This document shows, piece after piece, positions 26,109 to 38,850 of a stretch of DNA of 64,000 nt. Within the stretch, counting starts at the first letter, position 1, and each line of letters opens with the position of its first letter. The notes under the pieces are model-generated. The model saw only the letters and a program-made list of their open reading frames with translations. It made no database searches and had not been told where the DNA came from. The DNA comes from Lama glama (taxonomy: Eukaryota), in NCBI GenBank assembly GCA_028534125.1, contig CM052816.1, forward strand, positions 63,676,001 through 63,740,000, in the 5' to 3' direction. A program made the position numbers and the translations under genes.

Positions 26109-29100
26109 ACTATAAAAGAGGAATGTTCATCATTAAGCAATCCAGACCTACTGGCTGAACACCTCTCCACATTTTAGCCCAAACCTGTCAAAAAAGGAAG
26201 AAAAGCCAAATGAAAGTTCTCTTGCACCTAAATGCAGAAGTCAGATGCAGTATTCCTTCTGTAATACCTTTCTGCTAAAACTGGTCAATGTTTCTCTAGA
26301 AGAGCTACACCTAGCAACATTTTGCTTTTGTACCTTCTTCAGAAAATATGTTCCTGAAAAGTTATGCAGAAATATAAATTTTGTAAATATATTTTGATTA
26401 TGATTCAGTCAATAAGGGGATCTCATAACTCTCTTCTCTCCACCCCTGGAAAGAAGAAAAAAAAAAAAGGGAAGGAAATCTGGTTAGTCATTGCCTAATT
26501 TATTAGAATTCCTAAGATTTGCATAAATGTATACAGAAAACTCATTTCTAAACGGAACTCAAATAGAGTGACTGCCCTTTGGGGGGAGTGCTGTATTTTA
26601 CTTTTATGAAGAGAGAAAAATGACAAGTAAACAAGCTATCATGAAATTGATTTTTTCAGAACTTTCCAGGTTACATCATAGGTTGTGTGCTCATTCAGCC
26701 CCATTTTCTAAGTTTTTACAGCTACAGTATAAGCCAGCTTTTAGGTTAGTGGTACATTTTTTTTTAAATTGAAAGAATGTTTAGAACAGTAGTTGTTCTC
26801 TGGCTGGTCCATCAAAGCCCATCCAGGCACGATCTGCAGACAGTGAAGTGTAACCGTGGAGACTTAGCCAGGTGTGTGCGTCCCTGCGCCCAGGGTCAGT
26901 GGTGTCTGCTGGCCTGGAGGCCAAGGGGGCCCCTTTCCGTTTCTGCCTTCACCTCTTAGGATTTTCTTTAAAATTAAAAAAAAAAAACTTTTAATTTTGT
27001 TATTTAAAATTTTCTTACTATGCATTATAATTTTTAACTACCCCTTGGGGTTGAAATTCCCTTTCCACAGTGGCCTGGGCCCATCCCTTGCTTCCTGTCT
27101 CTCCCCTGTGTGGAGATGCGACCAGGTTTTGGGTAGAATCACAAATGGAGCAGAGACGAAGGTGAGCCCTGTGCTCCTGCCCCTGTGCTCCCTGTTACTG
27201 AGCGGGGACTTCTGTGTTTGTGCCCCTACACTCCCACTCTCCCACTCTCCCACGACTGAGTTCTTCCTCCTCCATGACCTTCTCCTCACCTCCCCCTCTC
27301 AGGTCCATGCTGTTTTATCTTCTCCAACATGCATCACACCTATAGCTTGTACCTCTTTCTCTGCAAGGCAGGAGAAGTTCCCTGCCACCCTCTCAACCTT
27401 CAGGAACAGTCAGAACACCAGTCAGGGTCCACGGGTCATGGTGTTGGGGCAGTGCTTCTCCTTCCCTCCTTCTGATGCTAGCTCTTCCTTGCTGTGTGAA
27501 CAGAGGAATAGGGTTGTTGCTGAACATGGGTCCCTGCCTTGTCCAGAGCCACAGTGTTGTGTTATTTGTGCTTTGCATAAAGGTCTTGGACTAAGGAAGT
27601 GAAGGAAGGCTCTGCCCTGGCATGTGTCTGCTGGAAAAAGAGGTGCCTAATTCATCCAATAAAGACAGCTTTTTCAGTTGGCCTGGCAATGCATGAAAAA
27701 GGTGCTCTTTTCTAGTTTGCACAAGGACTCTGGCACTGACGCTGCGATGCCCTCCAGTACTGCCTGCCCCAGAGTCTCCTGCCAGAGCCTCCCAGACCAA
27801 CACAACTCACACTATGACAGAGATACAAAATGTTCCTTTTTGAGGAGCCATGTGGGTCTCAAAAAGCCCAGCACAGTGTGGGAGAAGGAGATGTGGTAAG
27901 TTGATCTGTCCTTCTGTATCATGCAGTGGAAAAACCCAGAGACTTAGGATTCTGGATGCTCTTTTTTCCCCAACTCTTTCTTCCTTTCCATCCTGTTCTC
28001 TCTTTGGAGTTCCCTAGTCCAGTGTCTCCAGCCCCTTCCTGGGGTGTGTTTTTTAACCCCCTTCCACGCAGAAAGAGGATTTTTAGGTCTGTGTCCTCAC
28101 CACCTTCTCTGTCTCATACAGTTGAAAGCCTCAGGCTTCGGTTGGATGAATATGGCATCTCTTTTTCATTAGGTCAAGGTCAACTGCTCATGGTCAGAAT
28201 GTTAGTCCCTGTCCCATGAATTGAAGGTGTTCTAGTTCCGGTTTAGTTTTCCTCACTAGTTTTCTTAAGAACCCAGCTTGCCAGGCGTAGCCCTGATGCT
28301 TTTGATCTTCACACTGTTTAGTCTCATATGAAGAAAGCCTATTTTTCTTGTTAGCAGGACTTTGACCTTTTTCAGTTTCGAACTAGAACCCTTGGCATTA
28401 ATTGTGCTAAAGAGTATTTGAAATTTTCATGGTTTACTTAACAAGGGTCACCATACTATCTCTAAATGGCTTTTTCTTTTCCATCCGATGATTGTATTAT
28501 TTCACATCTTCCCTTGCCTCCAGTAGAAAGTCAACATGGGTTCTGGTTTATCAAGTCACTGATTTTTTAACCCTAATATGAAAATGAAAAGTTGGACTGG
28601 CAAAGGAGGAACTTATCTATCCCTGACATTCCCCTACCTTCATTACATTTCTAAGGGAGAGGAGACTTGTCAGCAGAAAGAGGAAAGATGTATTGTTGAG
28701 GTGGCTGCCAGAGAGGTGGGTCTGCGCTCCCATGTGAACTGTCCACCACAGCTGCGGCTGAAATCAGAAAAGGGCCGATAGTCTGCAGCATGGAGAATCA
28801 CAGGTGTCTGCTACATGATCAAAAAAAGTAAAAATAAGGGGTTCTGAGGTTTATCCTCAGCTCCGGCCTGAAATACATTCTCTCCAACCATGAAGTGACA
28901 AAGAAAATGTATCGTCTGTTAAGGTTTTCCTCTCAGGTCTCCCCTCATGCTTTTCTGACAGTTTCCAAATTATTTACTGTTTCGACTATCATTGATTTCC
29001 CTTTCCAAAATCAAAGTTAAAAAGTGATTAAGGAATAAAAATATTACAAAATAAACGTTAGAATGTATCTATACATTTTACTTTCTATAAGCATACTTTA

Positions 29101-29819
29101 TGTATTATTTAGGAAAGGGAAATAAGACAAAACAACAGTATCTCAAAAAGGATTTAATTTTTCAGAACATACTGAAGTACAGTGCCTGTGTAAGGAGAAA
29201 GGTTGAGGTTTGCCAGTGTGATAAAGGAGGGAGAAGGGGAGATGCAACTATCCTAAGAAGGTGGGGACAAGGTGAGGGAAGTGTGAGAAGGGGTGAATCC
29301 CCAGACTCCTCTGAATCATGGGCTTTGACATCTGAGTCTTTCTATCCTGAGGCCAAAGGAAACTTACTATGTGGATGCTTGGAGAAAGATAAAGGGCTGA
29401 AATGGAGGGCTGTGGTCGACTGAATGGAAGAGGTTAAGAGCTTTTTGTTTAGTAAGAAAAGGAGAGAGAACTGAAGTTAGTTTTTTCTCTTTTATGATTA
29501 TACAATTCTTGACAGGCCCACATGCAGTTCTTCCCACCATTTTAACTTTCCAGGCTCTTCTGAATCAGTCGGGGATTTCCATATGCTGTGAAAAGAAAGT
29601 GTCTAGTAGAGGATTCTAAACGCTAGAGAGCAGTCCTCACCAGCGGCCTCGAGCTGCTGAGAGCGCCGATGTGCCCGTTCAGAGCTAAAGCTGTTTCTTT
29701 TTTGGTTATTTTGAAACATTACTAGTAAATTGTGAAAATGAGTACACATTCCTATAAAGCAGTCTTCTGGAAAAAAGGTTAAGAAGAATTTAAATTTTCA
29801 TGTGTACGTGGATTGTACC

Positions 29820-30165
29820 TATCACATCCTCCCATTTCTCTCTGCACCCATCGCATCTCTTATCCCCACTTATTTCTGCTGCTGCCATACAAGTTCAGGC
29901 CATCATCAGCTCTTCGTCTAGTACTTTCCCCTCAAATATTTTTTTCATATGTCTTTCATGGATCTTTCTAAGATGAATATTGGATCCTGGTCTGTCCTTG
30001 CTTAAAATCCTTCAAGCTTCCGTGGTTGCTCTTAAGATGAATTCCAAACTCCTTAGCCTGACATAATTCTCAAGATCATAAGTGCAGGAAAAATGTCTAT
30101 CTTCTCACCATGTGTCTTTGAACCCAGCTCACTGACTGTGAAGTAGAAGGACTTAGTAAATTTTT
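29820..30165 (+). mobile_element. L2 fragment
   Basis: GTTCAGGCCATCATC...TGCTTAAAATCCTTCAA...TCCAAACTCCTTAGCCTG. Confidence 0.65.
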
Positions 30166-30254
30166 ATTTTTCACCACCTCTCCAAGGTAATTTTAGTTCC
30201 ATAGGGACAGAATTAAAGCATCCAGGCTGTTTATATCTGGAAAGCCTAACTTTT

Positions 30255-30468
30255 TAACCTCAGCAGCAGAGAACAAGAGAGATGGAGGGTCGTACAAGGA
30301 CTTCTCACTGTCTCAGCTAAGAAGACCACACACATAGCTCATTAGCAAGATGACATATATGGTTCCAGCCTAACTGCAAAGGGATCTGGGAAACATTACC
30401 TTCTTGCGTGCCTAGGAAGAGGAAAATGAAACAGAACTTGGGAACTATGCAGCATTGTACCTGCTACA
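30255..30468 (-). mobile_element. MaLR LTR fragment (MLT1J/K-like)
   Basis: CCTAACTGCAAAGGGATCTGGGAAA...GTGCCTAGGAAGAGGAAAA. Confidence 0.6.
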
Positions 30469-32659
30469 GAGGTAATAATCAAGGATGAATGACTCTGACT
30501 TTGGGAAACGCACTGTCTGTGTTGTGATGGCCTTGTCTGGGCCATGGAGACTGAACTTCAATCTGTAAGTGGGTATAAATGATGCTGCTGTTGGTCCTGA
30601 CTGTTCCCACTCTGTCATGCTTGGGGAAAATAAGGGGGGCCTTACATTTTAGGGAGGAAAGGACCATTTTCACTACCAGGGACAGAGGATTAGGAGTCCA
30701 TGACTATTGGGTGAAGTGGTCGACAGATAATCATTAACAAAGGTGGAAAGAGTAGTTAAAGATGAGTTGATCCCACTATTATACTGGACTCAACTGAGAA
30801 CGAGGTAGGGACTCTGAAGTTGGCTTCAGTTTGTGAGCTCTAGGAATGACAACAGCAATGGAAGAGTAAGCTACTCTTAGCACTCACTACTATACCTGCC
30901 AAACTTTCACTATATTTTTGGCCAGCACCACTGATTGGTCTTGACTGTGACTTTTAAGGCTATCAGGGAGAGAACAGTGTCCATGCATTAATCAAATCTG
31001 CACAGAGTGAGCAGCCTGGGGGAGTACATTCTGTGATGACACAATGAGACATGAAAGCTCGGGTATTGTAGAGTTTGGAGGGCAGAATGGGAAAAGGGAT
31101 AAGTACACTGGGACTAATTTGCAAAACAAGAATGAATGGTCCAAAGAATCCCTGAAATTACTTAAGCTGTGGAAAACCTACAGAAACTTTTGACTTCCTT
31201 GCACTGTGGGCATTTAAGAGCTGAGCATCACTATGGATAAGACATGAAAAGAAATATGACCTTATTTTGTAACTTAGTTGGTGACGTGGGACATTTAAGT
31301 CATGAATGTGGTGAACATTAGAAGAGTACTTCACAGCATGCACTGACGTGCGTTAGTCCTGACTTTTCTCCTCTGATAATAGAACTTACACTTAGCACAA
31401 GAAATAGAAAAGCACTTTGCAAAAGAGTTAATATTATTCATCATTGTTAATGATAAGTAGTAACCACAAAAATAACAATGACAGCAAACTTAGCATGACA
31501 GTAACAAACACTGGAAACTTATTTGTTCTTGATATTTTCTGGGTGCCCACTTTTACTTTAATCTTTGTTTTGCTTTTAAAATTATCCAGCTCATTTTAGT
31601 GTCAACTTTAGTTGCTGCAGTCATCAACTTGGAAAGCCTGTAGCCTTGGACAAAAGTGTCATTCAATATGTTTGATATATTCAGCTCTGCATCAGTAATC
31701 TATTTGCAAAATTGTCCAATTTGAAAGTGACACATTTGATTCACTTGACTTTCCCTTTTCTAGCACAGTAAAATTTGAAGGAATTCAAGAGGTGCTGGGC
31801 ACTAGTCACCAAGGAGAAAGGACAATAAAGGGATATGTAAAGTACTGAAGAGAAAATTGTTGTGTGTCATTAGTAGTTGAACAGAATGAAGAGTCCTGTG
31901 ACGTTAAACTTCCCTGAACAAAAGTCAATGACATCTGGAGGGGAATGGAATCTTTTGAAGTTTTTGATGTTAACTGGTTTAGATTTTCCAACATTTTAAC
32001 ATAATGTATTCTGATTATTTAAGTACTACCAATTCGTTGTAGAAAATTTAAGAGCATAGGTAATATAAAAATACAGAAAAACAATAAGAGAAAAATAATT
32101 ATCCGTAATTCTGTCACTAAAGAGAACTACTACTCTTACTTTGATGTAAATCCTTCCATTCTATTTTCAGTATGTGTGTAAATTATTATTGTTACTTTTA
32201 TTAATATTTACGAAAAGGAAATAATTTTTACATGAGATGGAAATCCTTATGTTAAGAAGCACAGCTGCAGGTTGACCTAATTTTTGTTGGTCACTCATTG
32301 AATCTTTCTAGTTTAAGGCAAAACCAAACATAAAGGAGACCCAGTCCTATCTTCAAAGAGCTTATTACAATCTGAGGAAGGAATCCAAGCAGATAAACAT
32401 CTAAATTAAATCAAGGAGTACTTTCTGAGAAATTATGATGTGACCAACACTGTATCAGTACACTATTTTCCTTTTTAGGTAAGTTAATTCAAGTAAAAGG
32501 AACACCTAGTAATACTCAATGATGAGAAACTTTTTAAGATGATCCAGAAAGCCTTTTTTTGTTTGTTTTTTTAAAAAAGATGATCCATGACAGAGACTCA
32601 TGCCAGTGTAAACTTAAGATTAGAATACATTACTGGAAGTCTTACAATAATTAATAGCA

Positions 32660-32825
32660 TAGCTATCAGATTCTGCCACTGTCTAGATGTGTGAGCTTGA
32701 GTAACTTACTGTCTTTGAGCTTCAGATTTCCACTGTATGGGGTTATTGTGAGGATTAAATGAGATATATAACAAAATTTCTGGCATAAAAAATGTGCTTA
32801 AGCAACAGTAGGGACTACTATTATA
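32660..32825 (+). mobile_element. MIR fragment
   Basis: GATTCTGCCACT...TGTGTGAGCTTGAGTAACTTACT...GGGTTATTGTGAGGATTAAATGAGAT. Confidence 0.75.
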
Positions 32826-34133
32826 GACAGTGCATGAGGTTACTTCCTCATAACCTGCTATTGGATGACTTAAAGATAAGAACTGGCTGGAAAGTGTAGC
32901 AACTTGAATGTGCTGCAAACTTTGACAAAGTAATGTTTTAAAATGGCACTTGGGCCAATGTAAACACAAGAACGATATAAACTCTTCATGAGTAAGCTGT
33001 AGGTTCTTGAACATAAACACCCTGAATTTGTAATCTGTTAGATAGTTGAGGAAACTCAACTTCTGTCAAAGCATTTTTAAAAATCTTTCAGGAAGAGAAG
33101 GCTTTATTTCTTGTCTTCAGTATTATAATACGAAGACATTTTGAGGCTATACGCTAATGAGAATGTAAAGCGTTTGTTTATGTTGTGGATTAAGGGAAGA
33201 TAACAAGACGTATCTGTTGGATACTAGATAAGCTGATTTGGAAATTTAGAAGAAGCTCAACCAGCATTATTGCCAAGATGAAAGACCAGTCCACCAACGC
33301 AGAGGTGGATGGTCGAATTCTGTGTATTTTCTTGACTCTGCCCTTGTACGTGCTCTTCTGTTTGCCTAGACACAACCTGTATCGCTACCACTTCCTACTA
33401 AAAAAATTGGCTAACTCCTGATTGTCCTTCAGGGAGGCTTCTCTGCTCCATCAGACCTGAGTGTAAGGGCCTCACTCATGTCCTCACAGCATTTTCTTCT
33501 TTAGTTAATGTTACCCTTTTACATTTATGGAGGCTGAAGAGTGGGAATGCAGCTGAACAGTATAAACTGTTTATACATTTACACTATAAATGTTTAGTAT
33601 AAAAGTGCTTTTAGCCAAGAGAAGGATTCTTCTCTCCCCAAAGCCCCAGGTGCCTCTAACTTTTAGAAAATGAAACTTCTGCAGCTCAGAGTTAGGTAAG
33701 ATCAAAATATTCCTGGCAGTTTCATCAAGCCTTATCCCCATTCCCTCAGAAGTCGGCTGTTAAGTCCGTCAGCAATATACATTCCAGATGGTCTGTATAA
33801 TTCAAGTAAATCTTACACATCATATAACAAAATCTAAAAAATGTATTTGAAAATGCGTTTTATGGACCTTACGCAAACCCTTTGACCACACAAGTCTCAT
33901 GACTTGTATTTCTCTCACTCTACTGCTGATTAAACGATGCTCACTTACCACCTGCTGCAATGGCAACAGGAAGAGTATTTCCATGGTGCTCTGGAGTCAG
34001 ATTGTCCATTTGTGTATTTGCCTTCCCTGTGAGTCTGTGGGCTCCATGAAGGCAAGGGCCACACCTGGCTCTCCTGTATCCTCTGAACCTAGTACAATAC
34101 TTATCATATCGTAGGTGCTCACAAATATTTGTT

Positions 34134-35060
34134 TTTTTTTTTTACATTTTTTATTGATTCATAATCATTTTACAATGTTGTGCCAAATTCCAGTGTTCAG
34201 CACAATTTTTCAGTCATTCATGGACATATACACACTCATTGTCACATTTTTTTCTCTGTGATTTATCATAACATTTTGTGTATATTTCCCTGTGCTATAC
34301 AGTGTAATCTTGTTTATCTATTCTACAATTTTGAAATCCCAGTCTATCCCTTCCCACCCNNNNNNNNNNNNNNNNNNNNNNNNNNNNNNNNNNNNNNNNN
34401 NNNNNNNNNNNNNNNNNNNNNNNNNNNNNNNNNNNNNNNNNNNNNNNNNNNNNNNNNNNNNNNNNNNNNNNNNNNNNNNNNNNNNNNNNNNNNNNNNNNN
34501 NNNNNNNNNNNNNNNNNNNNNNNNNNNNNNNNNNNNNNNNNNNNNNNNNNNNNNNNNNNNNNNNNNNNNNNNNNNNNNNNNNNNNNNNNNNNNNNNNNNN
34601 NNNNNNNNNNNNNNNNNNNNNNNNNNNNNNNNNNNNNNNNNNNNNNNNNNNNNNNNNNNNNNNNNNNNNNNNNNNNNNNNNNNNNNNNNNNNNNNNNNNN
34701 NNNNNNNNNNNNNNNNNNNNNNNNNNNNNNNNNNNNNNNNNNNNNNNNNNNNNNNNNNNNNNNNNNNNNNNNNNNNNNNNNNNNNNNNNNNNNNNNNNNN
34801 NNNNNNNNNNNNNNNNNNNNNNNNNNNNNNNNNNNNNNNNNNNNNNNNNNNNNNNNNNNGCTGCTTTGCCTTTTGTTCTTTCTTTTTTCCTTTTCTCCTA
34901 CCAGATTTTTGGCGTCTTTATCTCTTGAAGAGGGCGATGATCTGTTGGAGTTCCGCAGGTGCTCTGGTTGGCTGAGTGGGTCTGTAGATGTGGGTCTTGG
35001 TGTATTTGTGGGAGAGGGTGACTTACAAGCGTCCTTCTACTCCGCCATCTTGCCCGGAAG
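34134..35060 (-). mobile_element. Young, probably full-length LINE-1, with its body hidden in the assembly gap
   Basis: Poly-T plus L1 3' UTR at 34134-34359. L1 5' end at 34860-35060 reads CTTCCGGGCAAGATGGCGGAG on the minus strand. Perfect 15-bp TSD TCACAAATATTTGTT (34119-34133 and 35061-35075). Confidence 0.9.
34360..34859. other. Assembly gap (500 N)
   Basis: A run of exactly 500 N. Confidence 1.
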
Positions 35061-35840
35061 TCACAAATATTTGTTGAGTGAAAGAATGAAGGATTCGTAA
35101 GTAAGGGCCTGGGTAGTCCTTTAAACCTGAGCCCAGATTAGTAGAAACCAAGAGCTGGCTTCCTCTTCTTTAAAATTAGGGAAGGCTTAGCCTTTAGGAC
35201 CATATCATTGCTCAGTCTCTTCCAGGGAGGGGAGGACATCTGCTGGCCTTGCCCAGAGGCCAAAAACTCCTTTTAATATTGCAGAGAGAAAACAAAACTC
35301 TTCCTTCTCTATCAGAACTATGCTTTAGGTTTAAGAGCATCTGAAATTGTATGAAAGATGTCCTTTTTTCCCTAGAGTAAGAGTTCTTACTTTTTATCAG
35401 ATTCTCAAAGTTGTCTGAGATGCCCCAAAAAGATAAGAGTGATTGCTCCAAAGACGTCCTTAAAATGGGCTGAGACGAATCCCTTTTGAAATTGCCACCA
35501 GGTAAAAAGCACTCAATGTGCCACGGTTAAAGCGTTTTATTTTCCTTCATGGAGCAGTGCTATCTCTGTGCTTGGTGGTGAGAGGTCTGGTGGATGTAAG
35601 TCAACTTCCTTCTCAATTTAACAGTAGAGGTCAATTGCTTGCTCACCTGTCCTGCCTCACCCTACCCCTTTCTGTCGAATTCCCTACTCAAAATTGAGAG
35701 CTAGGATTCTGGTTTTATCATATCATATCAAAACTTGGGGCGTCAGTAAATTACTTAGCCTTTCTAAGGCTTGGTTTCTTCATATCTAAATATAATGTTC
35801 CTCTCCTCTTAAGGATAATGTTCTTAGCTCACAAGGTTGT

Positions 35841-36455
35841 TTATTCATTCATTTATTCACTCAGCACTCAGTATGTATCAGTTACTATTCTAGGGGTGAA
35901 TAGTACAGAGAAGGAGCAAGTATTCCAGGGGAGGACTCAGATGATGGACAAATAGAGAAACAGGGTAATATCAGATAGCAATGGACACAATGTAAAGAAT
36001 TCAAGTAGAATAATGCAATAGGTAGTGAGTAGATGGCTAGTTTAGACTGGGCCATTGTGGAATGCCTCTCTGAGGGGACAATATTGAGGATGCGAAGGCA
36101 GAAGAAGTAGCTACTGCCACAGCCCTGAGGCAGCGTGGGCTTGATGTGTCGGACGAATCCCTGTGGGGCTGATGCGATCCCAGAGGTCAATAGGTATGGC
36201 TTTGCAAGTCACGATAAAGAGCTTGGAATGGAGCTCCTAAGTAGAGTGGGAGACTTTTGGAAGTAATTTAAGCAAGAGTGATACGCTCTAAAGTACTGTG
36301 TAAAGGATAACCCCAGCTGCTGTGTGGAGATTTAATTGTAAAGAGCTAACGGATACTCATTAGAAGGCTGCTGCAGAAGTGCAAGCTATAGATGATGGTG
36401 GTTTGGACCAAGGTGAAGGTGTGGAGATGGGGAGAAGTGGTGGACTGTAGGTATG
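35841..36455 (-). mobile_element. L2 (L2a-like) nested inside a plus-strand MIR (about 35730-35840 and 36456-36535)
   Basis: TTATTCATTCATTTATTCA tail; GATGATGGTGGTTTGGACCAAGG...GGAGATGGGGAGAAGTGG; MIR halves on either side. Confidence 0.8.
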
Positions 36456-37994
36456 AGTGCAAGGCACTTGGGCCTGTGCTTCATGTGCAGTGAACACTCA
36501 ATAAACTCCAGCTATGACTATTGTCATTATTACTATTGTCTTGGTAAAGTGAAATTGGACCAAGTAATGGGTCAATAGTGGTTTTAAGAATATTTCTCAA
36601 TTTGAGCAAGTTAGGATTAACCAAATATTATTTGTGTGTGGAGATTTAATTAATGTTACTTTTCTGACACTGTGTTGGATGCACTGTTTTCAACACCTTT
36701 CTCTTTGTGTTTTGAGAAGAAATCTATCATTTACTTCTTTCAGGACACACTGTTTAGTCATTTTGCAGTGAAAGAATCTTGATTATCTTCAAATGACAAA
36801 TGTAAAACAGTGAATTCTAAGTTGTGTGGAAGAGGTAATATATCGCATTGCTTTGAAATTTATTATGAGCAAGGAGTTGGGAAAAATTAGGGAGTTAATA
36901 TTCAGGAAGAAAGCAAAACTGAAAAAAAAGACACAGATTAATGTATTTATGGATACATGTCATCAAATTTGATGCCAGAAAAGCCAAATGAAGAAATAAT
37001 GTTCTGAAAACAACTCACAAGTACCAAGACCACTAAGCTCCAAGTCAGAGAAATATGAAGACTAGCAACATGCTTGCATATATAGTTGCTATGGAGTTAT
37101 TTAAAGTTGATGGAGAGAGAGAGAGAATCAGACACAGACAGACAGAAGGATGTTCTTTTTTCCGTGTTTCACATTTTTTCTTTTTTCCCCTTCTCAGAAG
37201 TATGTCTTTGGCTCTGCACTTTAACAAATGCACATATCTTTTCAGTCTTATCAAACAAGCTCATATTTACAAGCTAAATTATTCTAAGACACAGAAGTCT
37301 TAAATGAAAGACAGACATCATTGCAATCCTTTAAGGTCACGCTGATCTCTTCAAATGTTAGAATTCACTAGAGTAAGGTTGGCTTTTCAGCAAAGTGACC
37401 CCATCACTTTAGAATAATCCCTGTAATGAGTATGAATCTAGTAATACATTCTAAGAAAATACTAGGTTCTAAATGATAATCTGTGAGGCCAGGGAGTTTG
37501 TTTTCAAAATGTGGACACCAGTACTCTTCAAGCAGTGCGGTTTCTAGATACACTGAGGCAGTTATTCAGGTATAATGAATACCCACAGTGATAACAACAA
37601 TTTTGGTGGTGAATTTTTGCTGCCTTCAAAATTTTTCCCTTTCTTCCTTTTTGTGGAGGGAGGGGGGCGGGAATTCTGATGATAGGAATAAAAGTCTTTA
37701 TCAGTGGTGTAATAAAGAGATAGCTCAATCATTAGAGATGCACTTTTAAATCAATAAAACAAAATCATCTAAACTAAAAGCAAAAACCTGCATACCCAAA
37801 AGTATTAAGTTCTGTGGATCACTGGCTCCTCAAGGGATCACTTGAAAAAAAATCTCAAACAAACTAACTGCTGTGTTCCCCTCTCTTACCTGCTTGGCCT
37901 CACAATAAGCCCATTCTGCTACTCTGTGGCATGACCTCTTCAAGGTCTTGATCAGCCACAATCTCATTAAGACAATTTAAGAAAGTTAGAGGAA

Positions 37995-38850
37995 CAAGTA
38001 CAATACCGGGAGCTGTAGCTGGTTCTCAGGCTGTAATCAATATTTATCATCTCCCTTGTCTACCATCCATTCTAGAGTGCCTCTGCCCTGGCCATCACTT
38101 TTGGTGCTTTAGGTTGCTTGCCTGATGGAGTAGCCCAGACCTTTGTCTCTGAGACTCTGACCCGCTAGTTACCATGCCTTTGTTAGGCTGTGATTACTAT
38201 AATTTCCCCTTCACCATCACCATCAGGAATAAGGCACCAAGAGACACTTCACTGAATCTCCTGAGCTCCAGGCATATTCCTTCCTGCCCACATTATGTAA
38301 CAGTAACCCCAGTACCTCATGATCATCAAGAAAGATTTCTCCCATCAGTTTAGTAACTCCTTTCTTTGATTGCTGGTCCACAGGCATGAAGAGCCCAGAG
38401 TGACCAGCTGGCAGTTGTGGCTGCAGGCTCAGTGGAACCCTTTCCATGGTCCCTGGTGAAATGGTAGCCCTACTAGGAACGAGGACCTCTAATCCATCAG
38501 AACCTAAGTTGTAGGACTTGGAAGCACAAATACAGAGTTTCTGGGAGTGAAGATGAAACTGGACAGTTTAAATTCTATCCCTTCATCCCCAGACCCGTAT
38601 ATTTTAGCTGTTGGGGTGCAGCATCATACACCAGCTGATGGCTTGCTGCATCTGAGGGAGCTCCCTAACCTGGAGGGTTTCATCTCTAAACTGCTGCCTT
38701 ATCGGAATCTTTAACAGGCCATTCCAACATTCTATCTGATCTACTGCTTCTGGAAGAATATGCTTATGGTAGGACAAGTGGACCCTGTGGTCAGGTACCC
38801 TTCCATTGACACACATCCTCTGCTGCAAAATATGTCCCTTCATCAAAGGC
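37995..38850 (-). mobile_element. ERV-L internal fossil: integrase C-terminus and dUTPase-like domain
   Basis: Minus-strand peptides HLSYHKHILPEAVDQIECWNGLLK (ERV-L integrase, cf. EAAGLIERWNGLLK), LPAGHSGLFMPVDQQSKKGVT...LGLLLHNVGRKEYAWSSGD (ERV-L dUTPase) and KVWATPSGKQP. Confidence 0.85.

Larger units (their letters stand above)
33985..35090 (+). mobile_element. L2 3' end, split by the young L1
   Basis: CTCCATGAAGGCAAGGGC...GTAGGTGCTCACAAATATTTGTT | GAGTGAAAGAATGAA continues after the L1. Confidence 0.75.

Noticed and set aside
26874..27602. 242-aa ORF, the longest gap-free one
   Set aside because: Non-ATG start, runs through poly-A/T tracts, S/P/L/C-rich composition typical of non-coding pyrimidine-rich DNA, and no recognisable domain
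31760..33330. Faint resemblance to CR1/L3 RT 3' sequence
   Set aside because: The matches are only a few short words and out of order; the splice-bounded exon reading fits better, though a Dfam search should exclude this
34180..35100. The 306-aa and 227-aa ORFs in the ORF track
   Set aside because: Artefacts of reading through 500 N inside an antisense L1
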